A program made the translations under genes and the position numbers. Below, piece by piece: positions 9,021 to 16,685 of a stretch of DNA of 32,000 bases (the first letter of the stretch is position 1; each line of letters opens with the position of its first letter). The stretch is from NCBI RefSeq assembly GCF_000195755.1, contig NC_002937.3, positions 3,180,001 through 3,212,000 on the forward strand, given 5' to 3'. The notes under the pieces were generated by a model. The model did not search any database, was not told the origin of the DNA, and saw only the letters and a list, made by a program, of their open reading frames with translations. Source of the stretch: Nitratidesulfovibrio vulgaris str. Hildenborough. GTDB lineage: Bacteria > Desulfobacterota > Desulfovibrionia > Desulfovibrionales > Desulfovibrionaceae.

Positions 9021-10487
9021 CTAGGCGGCGGGCTTCTCCTCCACCCCCAGAAGAGCCATGGCGAAATCACTGCCATTGAAAGGACGCATGTCCTCCATCT
9101 TCTCGCCAAGCCCCACATAGGTGATGGGAATGCCGAACTGCATGGCCACAGCCACCACGATACCACCCTTGGCGGTACCGTCGAGCTTCGTCAGGACGAT
9201 CTCGTCCACGCCACACGCCTCATTGAAGAGTTTCGTCTGCGAAAGGGCGTTCTGCCCCGTGGTTGCGTCGATGACGAGAATGGAACGATGCGGTGCCCCA
9301 GGATGCTTGCGACCGAGCACCTTGCGGATCTTGTGCAGTTCTTCCATGAGGTTGGCCTTGGTGTGCAGACGTCCTGCCGTATCGACCAGCAAGAGGTCGT
9401 AGCCCTCGCTCACGGCCTTGTCCATGGCCTCATAGGCGACGGCAGCCGGGTCGGCCCCCGCCGTCTTGGCATAGAATCCGGCCCCGACGCGCTTTGCCCA
9501 TATCTCGAGCTGTTCGATGGCGGCGGCGCGGAAGGTGTCGCCAGCGGCGATGAGCACCTTGCGCCCCTGCAACTGCGCCCTGTAGGCAAGCTTGGCGATG
9601 GTGGTGGTCTTGCCCACGCCGTTGACGCCGATAAGCAGGACGACCTCGGGCGGGTTCACGGCCGCGATGCGGCGCGGGGCACGGAAGATGACCTCAAGCT
9701 CTTCGCGCAGCAACTCACGGAAGCGCGCGGGGTCATCGGTTCCCGCCTTGCGTGCACGCTCGCGCAGACGCCCTATCAACTGTGTCGTGGGTTCGAAACC
9801 CACGTCGGCCATGATGAGAATCTCTTCGAGCTCTTCCCAGAACCCTTCGTCGATGCGACCGTGCGACGCCAGCAGCCCGTCGATGCGGCGGCCTATCTGT
9901 TCACGGGTGCGCGCCAGCCCCTCGGTGAGTTTGAGCATCAGACGGCTGCGTTCGTCCTCCTCGTCTTCGAGGTCGAGGGCGAGGGCCAGCCTGTACTGAA
10001 GTTCCGACCTGAAGTCCGCCACGTAGCGGTATTCCATGGCCTCAAGCCAGCGACCGAAATCGCGGACGAACGTCTCGGCCTCGTCAGCCGGCACTTCAAG
10101 GGAGGAGAAAAAGAAACGGAGACGTTCCCACAGGATGGGTCCGGCCTCGTCCACGCCGTCCAGCACGTGCCCGAGCCAGACGGAAAGACGGGGTTCGGCC
10201 TGACGCAGGGCCAGCGTGAGCTCTGTCTTCCATGGTGCCTCGCCCCCATGCACGGCATCATCAGGTACGGCATCATCAGGTACGGCATCATCAGGCGTGG
10301 CTATGGCGTGGGGGGCGGCAGGCGATGGCGCGTCCTGTGCCGCAGGCATCGCCGCACCGGTCCCGACCGGCGACCCGGTCGAAGAGGTGCCGACGATGGC
10401 GGAGCCTTCGGCCTCCACAGGCTTGCTGACATCTTCCGGGGCGGTGTCGCCCTTCCACAATCGCTTTATGGCAGAGAAGAAACCCAT
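9021..10487 (-). CDS. ftsY: Signal recognition particle receptor FtsY
   Basis: NG-domain GTPase motifs GVNGVGKTTTIAKLA, DTAGRLH, TKLDGTAKGG. Acidic N-terminal A domain. GGGAAG 6 nt upstream of the ATG. Confidence 0.95.
   Translation of the reverse strand: MGFFSAIKRLWKGDTAPEDVSKPVEAEGSAIVGTSSTGSPVGTGAAMPAAQDAPSPAAPHAIATPDDAVPDDAVPDDAVHGGEAPWKTELTLALRQAEPRLSVWLGHVLDGVDEAGPILWERLRFFFSSLEVPADEAETFVRDFGRWLEAMEYRYVADFRSELQYRLALALDLEDEEDERSRLMLKLTEGLARTREQIGRRIDGLLASHGRIDEGFWEELEEILIMADVGFEPTTQLIGRLRERARKAGTDDPARFRELLREELEVIFRAPRRIAAVNPPEVVLLIGVNGVGKTTTIAKLAYRAQLQGRKVLIAAGDTFRAAAIEQLEIWAKRVGAGFYAKTAGADPAAVAYEAMDKAVSEGYDLLLVDTAGRLHTKANLMEELHKIRKVLGRKHPGAPHRSILVIDATTGQNALSQTKLFNEACGVDEIVLTKLDGTAKGGIVVAVAMQFGIPITYVGLGEKMEDMRPFNGSDFAMALLGVEEKPAA
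10254..10296 (-). repeat. In-frame 15-bp tandem repeat (about 2.9 copies) inside the ftsY A-domain
   Basis: GGCATCATCAGGTAC at 10254-10268 and 10269-10283, plus a partial third copy to 10296. Encodes DDAVP-DDAVP-DDAV on the minus strand. Confidence 0.9.
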
Positions 10488-10671
10488 GCATACTTCCCGG
10501 TGCTGACGTTCATTGACAGGCGCCCATAGACATGGACGCGAGGGCAGTCATAGTTCCGTATCTGCAAGAGGACGTCAAGCATACCCGAGTTGTCACTTTT
10601 CATATATCTGCTCATGGTGTACAGGACCATTTACTCTGAACACTCCGCACACATTGACCCGGGGGGGTACG

Positions 10672-12966
10672 ATGTCGGGTCCGGAACAAAGCAGGTCTCT
10701 CGCCCGGGAACTCACCTTCAGCCTCGTGACCCTCGTGGCGGCTGTGGTGGTGGCCCTCTCCTCATCCCTCTACCTGCAACTGTCGCAGGACATGCTTGAG
10801 GATATCGAGCGCAAGGCCGACGAGTACAGCACAAGGCTCACCGACATCCTCTCCATCCCCATGTGGAACTTCGACGCCCGCACCCTTGAACAGATAGGTG
10901 CGGTCTTTGCCCAGTACGACCTCGTCAACGAACTCTCCATACGCGACGTCCAGGGCCGCACCCTGTTCATGCTGCGCAAGGCCGACGACCCCGACGCCAC
11001 CATCATGCGACAGCACGATGTGCACTTCGAGGGCGAAGTCATCGGCCATGTGTCCATGGCCTTCACGCTCAAGGCCTACCGGGCCTCGTTGCGTGACCTT
11101 GCCAAGGCGGCGGCCGCCATCGTCGGCGTGGTCGTGGTGGTGCTCTTCACCGCCACGGGTATTCTGCTGCGCGTGTTGCTGCGACGCCCGCTCGACGCCT
11201 TGCAGACAGGCATGGACCGCATCGCGCAAGGCGATTTCTCGTATGATGTTCGTTCGATCCCCCATGTGGAACTGTCACACATCGCCGAGAACTTCGCGCG
11301 CATGGCCCATGAGGTAGAACTGCGCGAACGTGAACTGCATGCCATCAACGACAGGCTGCAACAGGAGATAGCCGTCCGCCGCAGCGCCGAAGAGGCCCTG
11401 CGCACCAGCGAGGAACGCTACGCCCTCGCCGTGCGGGGAACCAGCGACGGCATATGGGACTGGGACCTTCGTACCGGGGACGTCTATTTCGCGCCCCGCT
11501 GGAAGAGCATCATCGGCTACGAAGACCACGAACTGCCCAACGCCATCTCCACGTGGAAGGACAACGTCCACCCCGATGACATGCCACGGGTCATCGAGGC
11601 CAACGAAAGCTGCATGCGTCGCGAGGTTCCCGAGTTCCAGGTGGAATACCGGATGCGCCACAAGGACGGTTCATGGTGCTGGGTGCTGGGCCGCGGTGCC
11701 GCCATATGGGACGAACAGGGCAATGCGCTTCGCATGGCCGGGGCGCACACCGACATCACGGGCTGGAAGGCCACCGAACAGGCCCTGCGCGAGGCCAAGA
11801 ACACCCTCGACAACGTCATCAACGCCATGCCCTCGACCATCGTGGGACTCGACCAGCACGGACGTGTGACACTCTGGAACCTCACCGCCGCCAACGACAC
11901 GGGGCTGGCGCGTGAGCAGGTGATGGGCCATGGACTGGAAGAGGTGCTGCCTCGCTTCGCCTTCCTTTCCCCCGACGTGACCCGCTGCATGAACGAAGGG
12001 CGCACCATCGCCATGCAGAAGGTTTCGCTGCCCCAAGGCGTGGGGCAACGCCACTACGACATCGTCATCCTCCCTGTCGTCACGCGCGGGGCCTACGGCG
12101 CTGTGCTGCGTATCGACGATGTCACCGCCCGCATGCGTATCGAAGAGATCATGGTCCAGACCGAAAAGATGCTCTCGGTGGGCGGGCTGGCAGCAGGCAT
12201 GGCCCATGAGATAAACAACCCCCTCGGGGGCATACTGCAAGGCGCGCAGAACATCATGCGCCGCATCGACCCCACCCTGCCCGCCAACCGCAAGGCTGCG
12301 GAAGAATCGGGATGCGACCTTGAGAACCTGCACACCTACATGACATCACGGGGCATCATCCGCTTTCTCGAGGGCATCCGCGAATCGGGACAGCGCGCGG
12401 CATCCATCGTCAGCAACATGCTGGAGTTCAGCCGCAGCAGCGATTCGCGCTGGAGTCGCGTTGCCATTCCCCACCTTGTCGAACGCACGCTCGAACTGGC
12501 CGCCAACGACTACGACCTCAAAAAGAAATATGACTTCAGGCACATCGAGATCGTGCAGGACTTCGCGCCCGACCTGCCGGAGGTGCTGTGCATGCCTACG
12601 GAGATCGAGCAGGTGCTGCTCAACCTGTTCAAGAACGCCGCACAGGCCATGCCGGAACGGGGGCAGCGCGCCGACGCGCCACGCATCACCGTACGTGGGG
12701 CCCTCGAAGGTGACAGGATACGTCTCGATGTGGCCGACAACGGGCCGGGCATGGTGGAAGATGTGCGGCGCAGGGTGTTCGAACCCTTCTACACGACCAA
12801 GAACGTGGGAGAGGGCACCGGGCTTGGCCTTTCCGTCTCCTACTTCATCATCACCACGAATCATGGCGGTTCGTTCAGCGTACAGTCCGAACCCGGGTCG
12901 GGGACGATGTTCTCCATCCGTCTTCCGCTCACCCAGCCCGGAATGCCCCGTAACGAAGCCGCGTGA
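10672..12966 (+). CDS. Sensor histidine kinase (TM - small periplasmic domain - TM - HAMP - 2 PAS - HisKA - HATPase_c), no receiver
   Basis: ORF 10513..12966 trimmed to ATG 10672, which has GGGGGGG 4 nt upstream and a TM helix directly after. H-box GMAHEINNPLGGI. ATPase boxes NLFKNAAQAM, DNGPGM, GTGLGLSVS. Confidence 0.9.
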   Translation: MSGPEQSRSLARELTFSLVTLVAAVVVALSSSLYLQLSQDMLEDIERKADEYSTRLTDILSIPMWNFDARTLEQIGAVFAQYDLVNELSIRDVQGRTLFMLRKADDPDATIMRQHDVHFEGEVIGHVSMAFTLKAYRASLRDLAKAAAAIVGVVVVVLFTATGILLRVLLRRPLDALQTGMDRIAQGDFSYDVRSIPHVELSHIAENFARMAHEVELRERELHAINDRLQQEIAVRRSAEEALRTSEERYALAVRGTSDGIWDWDLRTGDVYFAPRWKSIIGYEDHELPNAISTWKDNVHPDDMPRVIEANESCMRREVPEFQVEYRMRHKDGSWCWVLGRGAAIWDEQGNALRMAGAHTDITGWKATEQALREAKNTLDNVINAMPSTIVGLDQHGRVTLWNLTAANDTGLAREQVMGHGLEEVLPRFAFLSPDVTRCMNEGRTIAMQKVSLPQGVGQRHYDIVILPVVTRGAYGAVLRIDDVTARMRIEEIMVQTEKMLSVGGLAAGMAHEINNPLGGILQGAQNIMRRIDPTLPANRKAAEESGCDLENLHTYMTSRGIIRFLEGIRESGQRAASIVSNMLEFSRSSDSRWSRVAIPHLVERTLELAANDYDLKKKYDFRHIEIVQDFAPDLPEVLCMPTEIEQVLLNLFKNAAQAMPERGQRADAPRITVRGALEGDRIRLDVADNGPGMVEDVRRRVFEPFYTTKNVGEGTGLGLSVSYFIITTNHGGSFSVQSEPGSGTMFSIRLPLTQPGMPRNEAA

Positions 12967-13321
12967 CACCCCCGTCAACGGCAAATGGGGCATCCACGGC
13001 GCGTGGTCCCCGTGTCATGGCGGACCGCCTCGCTGAACTCCCCTCTCACCACGCCGCCACGGCGACGCCCACGCCACCAGACAGGCTCTTCTGACACCTA
13101 CACCCTCGCTGCAAGGGCACACCACCGCATGACACCCCGCAAGCTCACCGGGTGTATGGGCACGTCCCCCTGTGGTGACACCCTGCTGGCAGGATGCGCA
13201 CGGTCACCGGGACGGGCGGGGTACAGGACAAGACAGCCTGACGAGAACACCCGCCACCCGCGGCCCGTCTCCTGTCGTCGGGGCCACCGGAGAGCGCCCG
13301 CCATTCTGGAAGGATGTGTAC

Positions 13322-16300
13322 CTAGGGCTCTTCGTAACGTGCAAGCATTTCGCGGATGGAGGTGACGACCCGGTCGAGTTCACCCCTGAACGCAGCCACA
13401 AGCGACTGTTGTGTCGACTTGTCACCGCCCATTTCAAGAGCGAGGCAGATGGCCCGCAGTTCATGGGCCGAAATATTGCCCGCCGCCCCGGCGAGTGTAT
13501 GCCCCCGCAGCTTGACCGCTTCATCGTCGCCGGCTTCGACCATGGCGGCAAGTCCGTCCGCAGCATCGGCGTACGCCGTGACGAAACTCCGCAGCACCTT
13601 GAGCAGCAGCCATTCCTTTCCCCCCACGCGTGTGAGCACCTCGCCGATGTCCACCCCTTCAAGGGCGGTGGGGAGTGGAGGTCCGGCGAGACGGCGCGGG
13701 GCACGGGAACGGGAAGTTGTCGTTGCGGCGACGGCAGAGACGTCCGCCACGCCCGCAGGGACAGACGACGCTTCGGCATCCGGCATGTGCGACGACGCCC
13801 CGTCGCCCGGTATGGACGAGGGCGTAGCAGCGCCCGATTCGAACGACGACGCGTTCGCGTCCGATGTGGACGACGACGTTTCCGTCTCGTGCCCGCCGGA
13901 TGCAATCACCTCCGCTACGGCTGCCATCCCGGGTACACCGACGCCCCTGGTGGCAGCCCCATCGGCAGTCCCCCCAAGAACAAGGGTCTCGCCCGAGATC
14001 AGGGTAGCGGCGTTCGGCGACAGCGTAGCGTCAGTGACAGCACTCTCTCCGTGTTCCTGCCCCGCCATGCGTGGTGCCGCGTCCGCCCCTGCGACATCGT
14101 GCCGCCCTTGCCCCTTCACGGCCCGCAAGCCACGCAAGAACGCCACCAGAGTCTCCATCTCGAGGGGCTTCTCCACGACTCCGGCAACGCGAATGCCGCG
14201 TTCGGCAAGTTCGGCAACCGACAGCTTCTGGGCCGTGAAAAGCGCCACAGGCACGGTATCCCCGTCCGGCAATGCCCGCAGGCGTTCAAGCGTTGCAAAT
14301 CCGTCCAGTACTGGCATCTGCACATCGATGAGCACGACATCGTAAGGGGCAGCGGCAAAATGCGCGAGCATGGTCGCGCCATCTGCTGTTTCATTCACCT
14401 GCACGCCAAAACCGGTGAGCATCTCCCGCAAGACCAGACGACTCACGTCATCATCCTCGGCGACGAGGACGCGCATCCCCTCCAGCCCCGAACCCCCCTC
14501 ATGGACGGATTGGTCGGCATCATGCCCATCCCCCGACGCGCCCACGGACGGCATAGCCCCCGGCTGCGTCATGGGTCCGGTGACAGCCTGCCCTTCGACT
14601 ACCCGTGCCGCAGAGGACGCACCACCACTCCCGTCTCGCGAAGATGGGATGTGGAGCCCTGCCCTCATGTCGCCCTTCATGGCTGTCGCCTGCGCGCCAT
14701 CAGGCATCCCCGGGGCAAAGACCGCGTCTAGTGCGGCGCGCAGGGTGGCCGCGCGCACCGGGCGCCCCACGAACGCAACGACACCGGCACCGGCACAGAG
14801 CGAAGGTTCGGGTTCCTCTCCATAGGGGACAAGCAACAGTACAGGAGGCCCCGGCTGCCCCGGACGGGACAAGGCGGCAAGCCCCCCCTGCAGGTGCGAC
14901 GACAGCACGCACACGTCGGCATCGGCGGCGGCGTCCTTCAGGGCGGCAGCGCCAGACACCGCCACGACCTCGGCCCCCCACCGCCGCAACAACCCGCTCA
15001 GCACACGCTGTAGCGAGGCATGACTCTCGCCGAGAACCACCCGCACGCCCTGCGGCAGGGGCAGAGGGTCAGACGGCCCTTCGACGAAGCCGCAGTGCAC
15101 CGTGAACCGGAACACGGTGCCACGCCCCGGTGTGCTGTCCACCTCGATGCTTCCCCCCATGAGCCGCACAAGCTCACGTGCGATGGCAAGCCCCAGACCG
15201 CTTCCACCGAATCGTCGTGCGACGCTGGCATCGGCCTGACTAAACATCTCGAACAGGCGCTTGCGGGCCTCTGCGGGTATCCCCACCCCGGTATCCCGCA
15301 CGGCGAACCGGAGCAGAACGCTGCCGTCGCCCTGCCGCTCGTGGGATATACGCACCACGATCTCGCCTTGCTCCGTGAACTTGAAGGCGTTGCCCACGAT
15401 ATTGACCAGCACCTGTCGCAAACGGGTGGGGTCTCCCGCGACCTTGCACGGCAGGTCGGAGGCCATATCCAGCACAAGGGCGACATCGCGTTCCGCAAGA
15501 TGGGCGCGGAACAGGTCGAGCACATCCTCCACAGACTCGCGCAAGGCGAAGGGAATGCGCTCGATACGCAACTTGCCGGCCTCGATGCGCGAGAAGTCGA
15601 GAACACCATTGATGACATCGAGCAGGGCATGGCTCGACGAGCGCACGATCTCAAGATGCTCGCGCAGCCGGGGTTCGAGCTGGCCGCGCAGTGAAATGTC
15701 CAGAAGCCCTATGATACCGGTCATGGGCGTGCGTACCTCGTGGGTGATGGCGGCAAGGAAATCGGCCATGGCCTTGCTCTCGCGCTCGGCACGTTCGCGT
15801 GCCCCCACGAACTCGGCGGTACGTTCGCTCACCTCCATCTCAAGACGCCTGCGTTGCTCACCAAGCAGCCGGTTGCGCTGTTCGATGCGCTCCAGCATGG
15901 CATTGAAGCTGTCCACAAGCTCACCTATCTCATCATCGGCCCCCTTGGGGGCACGCAGCGCGAAATTCTCCTCACTGGTGACACGACGCGCCACCCCGCC
16001 AAGACGGCCCAGCGGCGCAATGAGCACCGACCGCACCAGCAGCATCAACCCCACCGCCAGAATCCCCGCCAGAAGGGTGTAACGCCACACGGCCTGCTGA
16101 AAACGCTCGGCAAGGCGCGCCGCAAGAAAGCGCGGCGACACCATGATGGATAGCGACCCGACCTGCGTGCCTTCCACGACGAGGTCGCGACGCTCCTCTA
16201 CGACATCCGGCGGCGCGCTGCCGACCCACGGCACCACACGCCACGACGCGTCGCGCTGCATCCCCTCGAACAGCTGGCGCCCCTGTTCGAACACGGCGAT

Positions 16301-16564
16301 GCCGTAGACGCGGGGGTCGTCCATCTCGGCCTGGATGATGGCTCGCGCCGAAGGGCCGTCGAGGTTCCATAGCGGAAGGGCGAGAAGCCGTGCCGCCCTG
16401 TCGGCCAGCAGCCGGGTCTCCTGACGCAGTTGCATCTCTTCGGCCTCGCGCAGCAGCGTGTGCTCCCAGAAGGCGAATCCGGCAAGCAACACCATGGTGA
16501 CCATGAGCACCAGCAGGCTGACGCGCACTTGCAGACCGATAGCTGACCGTGATGAATGGGGCAT
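13322..16564 (-). CDS. BarA/ArcB-like hybrid sensor kinase (TM - periplasmic domain - TM - HAMP - HisKA - HATPase_c - degenerate receiver - receiver - long linker - Hpt)
   Basis: H-box ITHEVRTPMTG; ATPase boxes NIVGNAFKFT, DTGVGI, GSGLGLAIA; receiver VLVAEDDDV...VVLIDVQMPVLDG; Hpt motif LRGHTLAGAAGNISA. Start set at ATG 16564 (GAGGAA 3 nt upstream). The ORF-track start at 16618 abuts a hairpin. Confidence 0.88.
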   Translation of the reverse strand: MPHSSRSAIGLQVRVSLLVLMVTMVLLAGFAFWEHTLLREAEEMQLRQETRLLADRAARLLALPLWNLDGPSARAIIQAEMDDPRVYGIAVFEQGRQLFEGMQRDASWRVVPWVGSAPPDVVEERRDLVVEGTQVGSLSIMVSPRFLAARLAERFQQAVWRYTLLAGILAVGLMLLVRSVLIAPLGRLGGVARRVTSEENFALRAPKGADDEIGELVDSFNAMLERIEQRNRLLGEQRRRLEMEVSERTAEFVGARERAERESKAMADFLAAITHEVRTPMTGIIGLLDISLRGQLEPRLREHLEIVRSSSHALLDVINGVLDFSRIEAGKLRIERIPFALRESVEDVLDLFRAHLAERDVALVLDMASDLPCKVAGDPTRLRQVLVNIVGNAFKFTEQGEIVVRISHERQGDGSVLLRFAVRDTGVGIPAEARKRLFEMFSQADASVARRFGGSGLGLAIARELVRLMGGSIEVDSTPGRGTVFRFTVHCGFVEGPSDPLPLPQGVRVVLGESHASLQRVLSGLLRRWGAEVVAVSGAAALKDAAADADVCVLSSHLQGGLAALSRPGQPGPPVLLLVPYGEEPEPSLCAGAGVVAFVGRPVRAATLRAALDAVFAPGMPDGAQATAMKGDMRAGLHIPSSRDGSGGASSAARVVEGQAVTGPMTQPGAMPSVGASGDGHDADQSVHEGGSGLEGMRVLVAEDDDVSRLVLREMLTGFGVQVNETADGATMLAHFAAAPYDVVLIDVQMPVLDGFATLERLRALPDGDTVPVALFTAQKLSVAELAERGIRVAGVVEKPLEMETLVAFLRGLRAVKGQGRHDVAGADAAPRMAGQEHGESAVTDATLSPNAATLISGETLVLGGTADGAATRGVGVPGMAAVAEVIASGGHETETSSSTSDANASSFESGAATPSSIPGDGASSHMPDAEASSVPAGVADVSAVAATTTSRSRAPRRLAGPPLPTALEGVDIGEVLTRVGGKEWLLLKVLRSFVTAYADAADGLAAMVEAGDDEAVKLRGHTLAGAAGNISAHELRAICLALEMGGDKSTQQSLVAAFRGELDRVVTSIREMLARYEEP

Positions 16565-16685
16565 GACTTCCTCGTGCGGAAGGGGGTTCCGACCATAATG
16601 CGCCATCAGGCGGTTCATGGCAACGGCGGGGTTGCCTCACCGTCCATACGGCGTCGTGCGGTCCGGGGCACATCGGGTCATGCGC

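Noticed and set aside
9786-9804. CGTGGGTTCGAAACCCACG, a perfect palindrome containing the tRNA T-arm-like GGTTCGAA.
   Set aside because: It lies inside the ftsY coding frame (encoding ADVGFEPTT on the minus strand). No acceptor, D or anticodon arms surround it, so it is not a tRNA.
13322-14134. The possibility that the Hpt domain is a separate small gene after the long low-complexity linker.
   Set aside because: The reading frame is continuous with no stop. There is no internal start with a ribosome-binding site before the Hpt region.
16565-16618. The ORF-track start (ATG 16618) for the hybrid kinase.
   Set aside because: There is no Shine-Dalgarno at a useful distance, and the hairpin GGCAAC-N6-GTTGCC (16619-16636) directly abuts this ATG. 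ATG 16564 has GAGGAA 3 nt upstream and precedes the first TM helix. The longer form cannot be excluded.
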